Positions 15,100 through 30,612 of a DNA stretch of 64,000 nt are shown piece after piece. Position numbers and translations under genes: made by a program. This stretch comes from Eledone cirrhosa (Eukaryota). The stretch covers positions 353,834,001 to 353,898,000 of the forward strand of contig OZ024743.1 of assembly GCA_964016885.1 (NCBI GenBank). Direction: 5' to 3'. Position 1 is the first letter of the stretch; the number at the start of each line of letters is the position of its first letter. The notes below the pieces were generated by a model, which was given only the letters and a program-made list of their open reading frames with translations, searched no databases and was not told the origin of the DNA.

Positions 15100-16006
15100 T
15101 GTGGTTGTCTGTCTGTCTATCGATTTTTGGCACACATTTCCTCTTAGAATCTCTCACGGAATTGCACCGAAATTGCTATACTTGTACATTGAGCCCTAGC
15201 GAAGACATCGGAAAAAAAATATTTCAAATTGACCCACCCTATGTGACGAAATCGAATATAATGTATCGATTTTTGAGCGTAAGTGATCAGTTATTTCCCT
15301 TTGTTCTGTTTACATTGAGCGTCTTACGTAAAAAATTACGCTGGCTTTCTCAGCGTTTAAAATACAATACACGAACAGTTGTCGAGCCAGCAAAATATTG
15401 ACCTGCAAAATTCATCAGTTCGAACACTAAGCTTCTGTTTTGCTTCATTTCCATTTAAAAGCATTTTAAAACAATATTTTTACTTGAAAACAAGTCTATT
15501 TAAAGACTACGTAAAACAAGCAAATATTTCGTCGTTAGGCGTGCAGACAGACAGTCGTGCAGAGAGGTGATATACGCGTGCAGACAGACAGTCGTGCAGA
15601 GAGGTGATATAGGCGTGCAGACAGACAGTCGTGCAGAGAGATGATATAGGCGTGCAGACAGACAGTCGTGCAGAGAGGTGATATAGGCATGCAGACAGAC
15701 ATAACTGATAATTTGGTTACGCTAATCTTTTTCTCTGCGTTGCAGTGTTTACATTTTCGATCTTTGTTAATAAGTAACCAGTGCAGTTTTTATCCCCAGC
15801 ATCCTCTTTTGTTATAACATTCGAGTTATCGTTATGTTTTCTTAACTTCATAAGGCATATTGTTGGTTGAGGGAATATTAATCAAAAACACCACATGCAA
15901 GTCTGCACAGTAGACACTACAGTTTTTAAGCCAAAAAAGAAACTTAACATTGTAACTTTAACACAGCTACTGAGCGACCCCGAGCAACGCCGGGCTTTAC
16001 TGCTAG
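15090..16006 (+). mobile_element. Non-autonomous Helitron-like element
   Basis: 5' TATATAAAA followed by a (GTCT)n tract; 3' hairpin CCCG-AGCAACGC-CGGG then CTAG|T at 16003-16006; internal tandem repeat. Confidence 0.7.
15537..15701 (+). repeat. 37-bp minisatellite, about 4.5 copies, inside the Helitron
   Basis: Unit AGGCGTGCAGACAGACAGTCGTGCAGAGAGGTGATAT starting at 15537, 15574, 15611, 15648, 15685. Confidence 0.95.
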
Positions 16007-16956
16007 TATATATATACAATAGATATTAAATAAATGGAAACTATATTTATAAAACCATATTTATTTTATTATATATATTTCAAGGGTAACCAAGACAACA
16101 TTGGCACGCTTCCATCAGATAAAATACAAAGTTTGTTTTATAAATAGAGACGTACCCATGAAAATCATACCTTATCGGTTGGAAATTCATTGGACAAGTT
16201 GAAAGTATATCATAATACCATTTTACTGCTAGATCTTATGGTGAAGAAAGGGTTGTATCATTAAATTACTATATGAACATACTTCACCCAAAGGGACTAG
16301 CTGAATATATATCAAATAAACCATGCCGTTTGTAGACCGCGTGGGGAAGCAACGTGACGCAACCCTGAATTATTTTATGAAAACATTCTCCTCAATGTAT
16401 TAGGTCAATACGTCAGGCTTTTATCGACGCTAGAAATTGCAGCCAAAAACCGTCTAAATCAGCTCAAACATTGATGGAGCAGTCAATACTAAAGTTAAAT
16501 GTTGTAGAATTGACATACGTAGGCATGTCAATAAAAGGACAAGATATACGAATAATTTGATAAACTAATTATCCACTCAGGAAAGTATAGATATACTCCA
16601 CGCAAATGAACCAGCTGAATATATATCATATAACCATGCCATTTGTAGACCACATGGTGAAGTATGCGGTCTACAAACTTGTATTCCCACCTCGAAATGA
16701 GATTTTGGCTTAAGTTTAATATATTATAATACTTCTCCGAGTGGATAATTAGTTTATTAATTTATTAATATATCTTGTCCTTTCATTGAGATGCCAATGT
16801 ATTACAGACGGTTAACTATATTGAGTTATAAATTGATATTATATATATATATATATATATAGTAATAATAATAATAAATGTGAAGACTAAAATCCGAAGA
16901 GGGCTCGATAATGATAATATATATAAATATATATAAAAACCGTAGAGCAAATATTT

Positions 16957-17076
16957 ATTAAAATAACAGATTAAAGTTTAAGCAAAGAATCCGTGCTTTC
17001 ACCCTTAACAGAATCTTCAGAAGATCCTATTAAGGGCGAAAGCAGCGATTCTTTTCTTAAACTTTAAAATCTGTTA

Positions 17077-17083
<7 letters not shown>
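16957..17083. repeat. Imperfect 127-bp palindrome centred on an HHR core
   Basis: Arms ATTAAAATAACAGATT...AATCTTC / GAAGATCC...CTGTTATTTTAAT around A17019; minus strand reads CTGAAGA-TTCT-GTTA-AGGG-T-GAAA. Confidence 0.8.
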
Positions 17084-17122
<39 letters not shown>

Positions 17123-17162
17123 TTTTGCGAGGTTTTTTATATGAAATCGTGTGTCGAAACAA

Positions 17163-18466
17163 ATATTGTTATACTTGGGGAGGGTCATATTTGTGTAATA
17201 TTGCCAGAATTAATAACAGAACACACTCACTGTTTGGTTGGTTTTCGCTTCTCGCTGTCTTTTATATCGGTCATCTAACTTACTCGGTCCTCAATGTTGC
17301 CATTGACTGACCGACGGTCAAAAAATAATACAGATACAATATAGACACAAACATATATATATAGTTTATCATAAATCTTTTGTTGCACATCTGCAACATC
17401 GTCAGTGGTGTTATATTTTCTTCCTGTTGTGTTGTATGTCTACGCCATTTTTATTCAGTCTGTCTATATATTTATTTATTTATTTGCTTGTTTGTTTATT
17501 TTATTTTGTTTTCTTTGCGCATGCGTTTGCGTGTGTGTATAGTGTTATGTTTGCTGTGTGATGGGTGACTAGTGTGTGTTTATGTGCTTGTTGTTATTGT
17601 GCTTGTGTATTTATTTATTTATTTATTTATCTTATTTTATTTACTTATTTATACTTCTCTTAGGTCAGTGTTGTTTGTTTGGGTGTTGTTGTTATTCCAT
17701 TCATTCTTTCTGTTTAGCTTTGGTCTTCTAATTTCTATTTCACTGGCCTCTCTGATTTGCCTATCTGCTGGGTCATTTCTATGTTTAGATATTATTCTAA
17801 TTTCTATGTTGTCTATGTTACCGTCATGTTGTTGTCTAGCATGTTCGTATAGTACTGACCCGTTTTTTCGTCCTTTTAGTTCCCTCCAGTGTTGGTCTAT
17901 CCTTTCACCTATGCTACGAGCTGTTTCACCTATGTATGTTGTTGTCCTGCTTCTGAAAGTACCCTCTGTACATCTTATGCTACAGACTACGTTTCTTGTT
18001 TTACAGTTTATCCGGGGGTTCACCTTACATATGATACATTTCCTATTGGTACAGTGGGTTTTCTTAAAAGGGTAGGTTTTGCTGATCAGGGATTTTATGG
18101 TGGTTCCTGGCTTTTCTACCACCTTTATTTTTAAGTGGGTCTTTCTCAGGGCCTTTCTACACTGGTTAGCTAATTTCCCTCCAGGAGTGGCGTCCACAAA
18201 CATGACACTCTGGTATCTCTGGTTGTCGTACCATGAGGTGGCTTTCCCTATCTTATGTCTGGCCCTATCTAAGCTATTCCATGATTTGCTCCTGTATAAT
18301 GGGCAAATTCCTTTCATGTCCAGTTCTATGAGGGTCTTATACTTTTCCATGGCTCCTTCGTATACTCTGACTCTGTCTCTTTGGTTGTAGCCAGAGAACT
18401 GCATGCGGTAGATGAAGTGTTGGATGTGTCTTTCCATTTCTGTTGGGTCGCACATGCGGGACACAT
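17163..18466 (-). mobile_element. Penelope-like element 3' half: RT thumb, linker, GIY-YIG endonuclease and 3' pLTR
   Basis: ORF 17649-18464: MQFSGY, FVDATPGGKL, VVEKPG, CxxxxCxxC, NVVCSIRC...YIGETARSIGERIDQH, EASEIEIRRPKLN. Confidence 0.9.
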
Positions 18467-19511
18467 GAAAGCTCCATAGACCTCATCATGTACTCTCGTT
18501 ATGTAGACGATATCAATATAGTTATAAGAACACCCCCACTAGAGAGCACTAACAAGTTTGATTTAGAACGTAGCACGATGGAAAGCATCCAGCAGATAGC
18601 TAATTCCATACACCAGAGTATAACTGTAACTATCGACTTCCCTTCCAAACACTCTAACAATAGACTACCTGTATTAGACACAGAACTCTGGATTAACACT
18701 ATAGACGAGAGAGCCCAAATTCTCCACTCACACTATGCTAAACCCATGGCCTCCAAATACCTGATACTCAAAAACTCAGCAATGTCTAGTAGTGCTAAGT
18801 TTAATATTCTGATCGCAGATTTGGTACGAGTGATGAAGAATGTGTCCCGCATGTGCGACCTAACATAAATGGAAAGACACATCCAAAACTTCATCAACCG
18901 CATGCAGTTCTCTGGCTACAACCAAAGAGACAGAGTCAGAGTATACGAAGGAGCCATGGAAAAGTATAAGACGCTCATAGAACTGGACATGAAAGGAATT
19001 TGCCCATTATACAGGAGCAAATCATGGAATAGCTTAAATAGGGCTAGGCATAAGATAAGATAAATAAATAAATACACAAGCACAATAACAACAAGCACAT
19101 AAACACACACTAGTCACCCATCACACAGCAAACATAACACTATACACACACGCAAACGCATGCGCAAAGAAAACAAAATAAAATAAACAAACAAGCAAAT
19201 AAATAAATAAATATATAGACAGATTGAATAAAAATGGCGTAGACATACAACACAACAGGAGGAAAATATAACACCACTGACGATGTTGCAGATGTGCAAC
19301 GAAAGATTTATGATAAACTATATATATGTGTTTGTGTCTATATTGTATCTGTATTATTTTTTGACCGTCGGTCAGTCAATGGCAACATTGAGGACCGAGT
19401 AAGTTAGATTACCGATATAAAAGACAGCGAGAAGCGAAAACCAACCAAACAATGAGTGTGTTCTGTTATTAATTCTGGCAATATTACACAAATATGACCC
19501 TCCCCAAGTAT

Positions 19512-19519
<8 letters not shown>
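18467..19519 (+). mobile_element. Inverted second arm of the same PLE: RT catalytic region, endonuclease deleted, 3' pLTR
   Basis: RYVDD (18500-18511), LPVLDTELW, KPMASK; premature TAA at 18866; 18840-19057 is the reverse complement of 18248-18466 and 19057-19519 of 17163-17633. Confidence 0.9.
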
Positions 19520-19566
<47 letters not shown>

Positions 19567-19568
<2 letters not shown>

Positions 19569-19617
19569 ATTCCTGATGATTTCTAAAGAATGAAATAGTT
19601 CTAGTCCTGTAGAATCT
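19567..19617 (+). ncRNA. Type I hammerhead ribozyme, family A (cassette continues to 19699)
   Basis: AGATTC-CTGATGA-TTTC-TAAA-GAAT-GAAA-TAG-TTCTAGTC-CTG-TA-GAATCT: 6-bp stem I, intact core, GUA triplet. Confidence 0.8.
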
Positions 19618-19751
19618 CATCTATATTAAAACTTTTATACTCTGCAATGTATTGAGTACCTTACTTACTGTGGTTACCTCCGATTCAACCCGGAATAACT
19701 TATATATATATATATATATATATTTAAAAGAATAGAGGTGTAACACACAAG

Positions 19752-19807
<56 letters not shown>

Positions 19808-19809
<2 letters not shown>

Positions 19810-20683
19810 AGGGTGTTAAAGTTTGCTTGAAGCATTGTGAAATGTGCAAAATATGTAGTTTAGAAAGCCACAACAATGCAGATGGGAAATCTCGAGGTAG
19901 GAAGTGAGTGAGAAATAGGAGAAAAGTGAAAATTGAGAGAAACGAAAATGAAAACAAAACAAAGGTAGAAGGGTTACCGTAGTGGAGATTTAATCCCAAT
20001 ATTTCGGGCTCACGCCCATCAACGGGGGAAAGTTCCAAAAGGGGGGGGGGGAACAGGCTAAGCCGGAGAAAGTTGTATTGTCGTTAAAACATAGGAATGC
20101 CGTTATGGGGAAAATTCAAACGAGGGAAAGAATGCGCGTGCGCGTGATAGGCTGTGGCAAAAGCTACTGACCAATTGGGTTAAATCAATAGGGTGCGCTA
20201 GCGTGTGAAAGCCGTAAAATATGTGTGTGTAAATATATATGTGTGTGTAACTGTGTGTGTATATGTGTATGTGTGTATGTATGTGAGTGTGTGTGTGTGA
20301 AAGATAGTGGGCCGTAGAAGCTGGAAATCAAAGGGTGTGAAAGGTGGTAGGTTGTATAAACATGTGTGCGTGTATAAATATAGATGTGTGTGTGTATGTG
20401 TATGGGTATACATATAAGTACGTGTGTGTGAAAGATAGTAGGCCGTAGGGGCTGTTACTGGTCACTATGGTTAAATTAGCCATGTCAGCTCATTTCTCTC
20501 AGCCCGGTTGTTAAGTGGGGGTCTGAGGTTCTTAATAACAAGTGCTTCCTTTATCCTTAAGGATCCGATGCTGCGTTCAGTCGCTAGGACTGTGACCAAG
20601 GGTCTGCCCTATGGGTTTCCGCATTTAAGGATGTGTTTACGGAAGGAAGATGCGTTGGTGTTGACATGTTCCTTGATACGAAC

Positions 20684-20688
<5 letters not shown>
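19808..20688 (-). mobile_element. PLE (Penelope/Poseidon-like) GIY-YIG C-terminal fragment with 3' UTR and decayed HHR
   Basis: 20688-20473 minus: HVRIKEHVNTNASSFRKHILKC...LRIKEALVIKNLRPPLNNRAE (one internal stop). About 19994-20029 minus: TCCC-CCGTTGA-T-GGGC-GTGA-GCCC-GAAA-TATT-GGGA. Confidence 0.75.
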
Positions 20689-20731
<43 letters not shown>

Positions 20732-20759
20732 AGATTTGAATGGATACAGTTTAGTTGAA

Positions 20760-21133
20760 AGGAATTTATTGACACGTGTTTCTATAACAGTTACATAACC
20801 TAAAACAGCTGCTATCTACAAACTTTTAGTTATGCAGACATTCAATATTTCAATGTTATTATTTACTGTCATTTCATCAGAATAATATTACTGAGGACCT
20901 ATTTAGTTTTTATAGAGAATATTAGGAGGGAGGGGTGAAGTTGTTAGAAGAATAGTTGAAGGAGTGGTTTTTCGATAGCAGTGAGAATTCTTGGTGGCAG
21001 TGAGTAATTAGATTCCCATCTGTTGTTTTGACATTTTTTATAGAATATATTATTGGTTATTTTTCTAAATCTATAGAAGGATTAGAGATTGTAAAGATAT
21101 GCGTGGTTGGTTTTGTGTTTGCACTTAATTAAC
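20760..21133 (-). mobile_element. PLE extreme 3' fragment with HHR-like motif (20838-20886)
   Basis: Minus: LIKCKHKTNHAYL then CTGATGA-AATG...CATT-GAAA-TATT; stem I weak. Confidence 0.45.
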
Positions 21134-21439
21134 ATTCAGACTTAAATTTTTCTTTCAAGTGTACGTATCCTTTCACCCACGCATTCACAAACAAATATAT
21201 TTGCACACCTCTACAAAATACATATACTCACAATTCACATATTCATACTTACATATATATACACATGCACACATATATATACACACATGTATTCATGTAC
21301 ATACATACGCGCTCATGTGTATACATTTTCATACTCAACTTATCTTTATATACACACGTATAGACACACACATATATACATACATACTCTAGTCCATGTG
21401 TACACACATACACATACATACACATCCATATACACATAT

Positions 21440-21492
<53 letters not shown>

Positions 21493-21759
21493 CACTTTAA
21501 TACATGAATACACTTACATCTAACTATACACATCAAACATATATATATATTTACTTATTTATATACATTTTCACATATATATACATACTTATGGACGTTT
21601 TTAGACACATTCATTATCGCATATTTGTACCTATTCTCATCAGCATATCTTTCCATTATTAGTGTGGTAATTTAAGGTTATTAATATATGTTGAGAAGAG
21701 ATTGTTTTTATATTTTTCTAACTAGATTAAGGTTTATATAGTTGGGGGATGTCCCTCTT

Positions 21760-21979
21760 TTATGTAATGTTCGGCTTGTAGTGGGAAAAAAGGGTTTTAG
21801 TTCTGTGACGGCAGAATAATGTTCGTTCAATTCTGTTATTCAGCAGTTTCTTCTTGTGTGTGATTATGTAATAAATCTCAAGATTACACAATTTGCAGAA
21901 ATTTTGGCTCCTGGAAAAGCTTTGGGTTTTAGCTAATTTTTCCCATTTTAGGGTAAACTTTTGATCGCTATCCCTGAGC

Positions 21980-21981
<2 letters not shown>
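21760..21981 (-). mobile_element. PLE endonuclease C-terminal fragment (KW / CxxC / LN..R.E / CRH type)
   Basis: TLRDSDQKFTLKWEKLAKTQSFSRSQNFCKLCNLEIYYIITHKKKLLNNRIERTLFCRHRTKTLF; 5' end abuts (TA)n. Confidence 0.7.
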
Positions 21982-22030
<49 letters not shown>

Positions 22031-23919
22031 CCTACTTTGGATTTATATTCTAAAGAAATAGTCATGCTGGTCTTTTTGAAATTATCATATAATAGACCGC
22101 ACTGCCCTACCTGTTTTCCTCTATTCTCCATTCCTTGCTTTTCTACGTTTCAGTGTACTTCTTTTTTTATCTGCACGTTAGATTACAGTCCTTATTCGCT
22201 TCTGTTTCACTATTTCTCTCCTTTCTATATTTTCTCCTTTGGCCAATCCCTTGCACACTCTATATTTGAGTAATTTCCCTAACTTGTCTCTACCTGTTTT
22301 GTTATGTGCCATTTTGCAGTTTTTAACTTCGAACTTTAAAGCAATATGACTCAGCTCAGAATAAATTTTATTAACCAAAATACTAACCAATATGATTAAC
22401 ACAATTTCGCCAACAAGAAACAAATATAAAATTCGGGGGTTCACGAACTTGCTGATTCTTGGAAGGCGTTTTGAGTTTCTGTTAGTTGTCGAAGACCTTT
22501 TCTAGAAAGTAATCGAAATACTTTAAAAAGAAATAATCAGTCAGAGAGAGAGAGGTCTGGGCAGTAGGTTGTGTGTGCGTGTATGTGTGCGTGTGTGGAT
22601 GGGGGTTGGGGTGGAAGTGAGGGAGGAGGGGTAATGCTTCATAGTCCAGTTTATTAATTTTTGAATAGTTATTTGTGAGACATCTTGTCAGGTGTTTTTG
22701 CGAAGAAGAATTACACCCTTTTAATTGACCAATATTGTACATAAACAGCGCAGTTCTTGGGGGGTATTTTGTTGATTTCCTGGTAGTATTTCTCTAGTGT
22801 AATGGTTTCGCCGGAATTCATAACATACTACTGACTGATTCCACATGCCCACCACCAAACACTGATCATAATTTGTTTTTCGAAACCGCTTTGGTGTGCT
22901 TCAGTTTTGTCGAACTACTACGGGGACACTATTTGTTGTTGTCTGGAATCCATTTCCGTCACATGCTGCAATGTAATAACAAATGGATCTTTTTGTTGAG
23001 TAACGGCGTTGTTTTTATATTTTAGGTCCGCTCGACATCTATTTATCGAGCTTTGCAATGTCGGAGATTTGACTGGTATTTTTAGCAGTGACACCATTTT
23101 GTTTGATTTTCCCAGAGCATGTTACAACTGTGTATTCCAAATAGTAAATAAAACAAAAACAAAAAACAAAAACACTCCGATCGCCCCCCTCACCAAATGT
23201 ATACACACACACACATACACACACATATATATATATATGCAGTGATAGATTGATAGTTGTGCAGGTAGATAAAGAATCATAATAGATATATTCGCTGATA
23301 ATTAGACCCACACATAAATACGTTGCTAGGCAGGAAAATAGAAAATATGCAGCTATAGATAACTAAATACTCAGAATAGATGAATAAACATATGATTAGT
23401 TAATTAGACCAATGTATGAATAATGTAACAACACTGAGGTAAACAGTCAGATAGGGGGATGATAGATTCTTACAAAAAGAAAGGAGCTAAACTGGAAAAG
23501 AATAAAATCAAACGATAGTTAAAATGGCGGAAGAAATATAGATAGATAAATAGATAGATAAATAAATAAGTAGATAGCTATTCGGATAAACAAAGAGAAG
23601 GGAGTGAATGATTTTCTTTTGAGGATGTATGTGTTTGTTGTTTGTTTTGCATCTTTGTGGGGGGAAATGGAGGGGTGTTATAATGTCTTTGATTCTTGTG
23701 TTCCCTATTTGTTGAAAACCTATCAAAAGATCTTATGAAAAAAAAAAATGGAATATAAATGGATATAATGACAAAAACAAGAGATGAAAGACAACGTGGA
23801 TAAAAATGAATAAATGTTATAAGAGCGAAAAAATCTCAAGTACTACAGTAAGTATATAAACATAAAATGGGAAAGACAAATAATTAAATAAAAGATATAG
23901 ATACTAAAGAGCATATATG

Positions 23920-26470
<2,551 letters not shown>

Positions 26471-26547
26471 ATACATATATACAAAAATACATATAAAAAT
26501 GCACATAACATGTCCACACACATACATACGCACACACACATATTTAA

Positions 26548-26580
<33 letters not shown>

Positions 26581-26736
26581 CATATACATGTATTTACATA
26601 TAAGGTACATATATGATATAATATATACTTATATCTATTTGCCTATCCACCTTCCTTCATATTTAATTATCTCCTATCTTTATATATTATTTAATTTATA
26701 TATTTATATCTAAACATATATATGTGTATATATATA

Positions 26737-26787
<51 letters not shown>

Positions 26788-26848
26788 GTATATGAAGGTA
26801 TATTTATGTATAAACACATATATTCATACAAACACATACTCAATCACA

Positions 26849-26896
<48 letters not shown>

Positions 26897-27347
26897 CATG
26901 CGTAAATATGTATTCGCTAACACAAAGCAACACATATCCACCCGTATAGAAAACACTCCTTCGTGCAATCATGCTGATATATACGCAGCTAACTAGAAAC
27001 GACAACAGAATCAAGAACGTACATAAAAGAAGAGTTCCTGATGAAGGGACATAAATACTTGTCCAAATATAAAGGTAAAAATACAGAGAGTTGGCCTGTG
27101 CTTCCATCTGGCGGCAGTTTTCATAAATCACAGCCTAAGTAAAAGAAGATTCACAATGCAAATAGCTCCAACAGTGTTTAATAAATAAATTCCAATTAGC
27201 TAAGGATTATCATTCAGTTAAGAATTTCGCTCCTTTGTTTTTACTTTTCTTAAGAAGAAACCGGTATAAATCAAAGCATGTAAGTAGGCAGGAGGCTTAT
27301 TATAAGTACACACACACACACGCACACGCACACACACACACACACAT

Positions 27348-27394
<47 letters not shown>

Positions 27395-27406
27395 CATATA
27401 TATACA

Positions 27407-27437
<31 letters not shown>

Positions 27438-27478
27438 GTTTATATATGTTTTTATGTATATATATGTATGTATATATA

Positions 27479-27516
<38 letters not shown>

Positions 27517-27707
27517 AATAAATAAACATATATGTTAATTTTTTATTTCGTTTGTTGATTCATTTTTAAAGAGTAAAAAAATTGTAATATGTATGTATGG
27601 GTATTTTTGCATACATATATGTGTGTTTGTGTGTGTATGTGTGTATATATTTATATATATATATATGTACGTAAATACACACCTATATAAATATTGATGT
27701 ATTTATG

Positions 27708-27797
<90 letters not shown>

Positions 27798-28160
27798 CAT
27801 ACATACATACACATATAATACATACATACTCATATATTACTATCACTAAGCGTTGATTGGGCTGCTTGCTAATTTGTAAAGCGACTGTGACGAGTGAAAA
27901 TGTCTAAAGTAAAAAAAATCAGACAAATCCGAGATTTACGTAAGTTGAATTCTTCTAATAAGCTTGACAATGATATTGAAACTGAAAAGTGTCTCATGCA
28001 AAGAAATAAAGAGTCAAGAGCCACCAAAAAAAAAACAACAACATTGAAATAAACTAAGAAAGAAACATAGTAAAGCAATGGATAATATATGATGATGATA
28101 ATATTGTTGTTGTTGATGATGATGATTGTGGTGTGGATGATACTACTACTACTACTACTT

Positions 28161-28219
<59 letters not shown>

Positions 28220-28579
28220 GACACCACCACTACCACCACTACTACCTCTATCACTACTACTACTGCTACTGAAGAAGAAGATGAAGAAGAAGAAAAAGAA
28301 AAAAAGAAAAAAAGAAGAAGAAGAAGAAGAAGAAGAAGAAGATCAACAACAACAACAATGATAATAACAGGAGAGGAAGTAGATACAAGTGTAAATATAT
28401 CAGATAAATCAACTAATTAACACAAAAATAGAGAGAAGAAAAAAATTAATGATTCTTTTACTTTTGAAAAGCTTAATAAATGGAGTTTAGTTTGGATTTT
28501 CAAACATGTATTTGGTAAAATAGTTGAAACAAAGCTTTTTATACATACATACATACATACATACATACATACATACATA

Positions 28580-29159
28580 CATGGTGGCTGCCAACTCGTT
28601 TTCGAGTACGGCCACTACTTTATATCCATGTAGGAGAACCCCTACCGATGCGCTGAACGAGTGTGGCTTTTTAGTCCAGCCAGCGACTTGAAAACTCTGG
28701 TACAAACACTACACTTGTGACCATTATTGACACATAGTGCTGGTCCCATGTGACGACAAGTGCAGAGAGATATCCAGATATAAAGCAATGCCTGTGCCGT
28801 GAAGCTTTTATAGTGAGCAAAGGCACTGCACAAAGCCAGTCCCACTCTCTTAACCAAGATGATATTTACCAAAAAGAACAAGTCAACATCATTGGATACT
28901 ATCAGAGTTGCAGGTGTTATATCAGAGTTTTCCTTCTCCTAGAATTCTGCCTTGATAAAGGCTAAGGGGTCATCTCTCCCGGTGATTTTGGATGGCCATT
29001 GACTCTTAAGAGCTCCTTTACCCTTTGACAGGTTTTGTTTTTAGTCCTGCAGGATGTCCAAAGTCACTCTCCTCACCAAGAAACCTTGGTGGGGTTGCCA
29101 GCTTAGTCGCCAACGACGCGACCATGAGACAGGTTGTACTGGGATACATGTTACCAGTA
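28580..29159 (-). mobile_element. Non-autonomous bipartite RTE derivative
   Basis: Reverse complement of 63000-63610; 5'-UTR motif CTAGGAGAAGGAAAACTCTGA; 3' C2H2 remnant CSVCTRVFKSLAGLKSHTRSAH; (TATG)n tail. Confidence 0.8.
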
Positions 29160-29261
29160 CATACATATATACGTACATACATACATACACAATACATGCA
29201 TACATATATACTTACGTATGTACGTACATAGGCATATACAAGAATTGGCTCGTATATGCCT

Positions 29262-29480
29262 ATTTATAGGCTGACCAATATACTCTCATTGAGTGTGACA
29301 AAAAGCGATTTATTTTAAAACATACTTCCCCTTACGGTCCACACACTTCAATTGGTGTTGCACAGTTTGGATCTCATTGGTGAAGAAGCTTTCATCTTTT
29401 TCGTAAAAAAACGTAATCTACAGTAGGTATGACGTCATCATCACTGCGATACTGGTTCCCAGCCAAGTGCTTTTTCATGT
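29262..29480 (-). mobile_element. mariner transposase C-terminal remnant
   Basis: MKKHLAGNQYRSDDDVIPTVD...KDESFFTNEIQTVQHQLKCVDRKGKYVLK*. Confidence 0.75.
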
Positions 29481-30063
29481 AGTCTTAGATCAGTGTAACA
29501 ACTGACTAATACTTTTTCATTGATTAATGATAAAGAAGCTTGAAAGGTGTTCCACAGCATACCAGGAATTTCTATTGCCCAGTCTGCTCACCCAGTAAAA
29601 CTATAACAACAGGGAATCTCTGGAAATCTCAAACTACAAGTAAGCAGAATTTATAAAGCACTGTTGCTTCTTATGCCTAATAGGCGGTTGTGCGGCCATG
29701 GATCACTATATTAAACATGACTAGCTATTAAAGTCAACATATATTCCAGGAATGAACATTGTTCAGTTTTTAATTGATCCCAAGAAGATATTTCTTCACA
29801 CCTCTCCATATCAAATTTATTAAACTGCTTAGTAAAAATTGTTCTTGCGGTAATCGGTAAAGTTAGTTGAAAGTGATATCAGCCCATTTCTGAAACATTC
29901 CCATATGTGTGAGTAATATATTTAAAGGATGTTGCACATCAAAGTGGTCTTAAAAGATATTGAATGTAAAAAACACACCCAATACGTGGGAATAAAATGC
30001 TAGGTAGCTCGTTTAAATAATCAAGTGAAACATTTCAGGAGAGTAATAATTTTTCTGCATATA

Positions 30064-30612
30064 CGAGGGTGCTTCTAAAAGTTCGTAGAAAAAGTACATA
30101 GCTAACATTCACATGCAGTGATTTTGATCTCAATGCACCTGTATGCTCTCGTACTAACGTATCATAACAACTTCTACCATGAACCCTTAAATGCATATTG
30201 CAACGCGGTGCCACCAGCTGGAAGTCAGCACCCGCTCGTGCAACATGACCTCCATCAAAACATCAAATTCATGGTGAAGCTAGTTAGGAAAAGCAGCCAA
30301 ATCATTGACGCTCTAGAGCAAATTTATGGGCATAATGCTCCAAAGAAATCAACAATCTACAGATGGATAAGTTGTTTTAGAAGTGGAAGAGTTGATGTTG
30401 AAGATGATCCCCAGTTGAAGATATAAAAAAAGCTGCTTTGACATTATTTAAATCGCATGGCCCTCAGTTTTACACAGATGGACTTAAATGCTGTTATCAA
30501 CGCTTGCAGAAGCGCATTCACCTAGATGGAGCATACGTTCGAAAATAAACATCATAACTTAAACCGTTTTTTCCAACTGTCCTTTTTCCTCGAACATTTT
30601 GAAGCCCCCTCG
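30064..30612 (+). mobile_element. Internally deleted mariner (irritans/Hsmar2-like)
   Basis: TA TSD; about 31-bp imperfect TIRs CGAGGGTGCTTCTAAAAGTTCG.../...CGAACATTTTGAAGCCCCCTCG; N-term NIKFMVKL...IIDALEQIYGHNAPKKSTIYRWI..FRSGRVDVEDD fused to C-term KKAALT...QFYTDGL...RLQKRIHLDGAYVRK*. Confidence 0.9.

Noticed and set aside
19050-19065. Spliced-out intron as the cause of the missing endonuclease in the right PLE arm
   Set aside because: Boundaries are ATAAGATA microhomologies, not GT-AG.
27900-27945. Possible first coding exon MSKVKKIRQIRDL followed by GTAAGT
   Set aside because: Too short, with no recognisable homology or partner exon.
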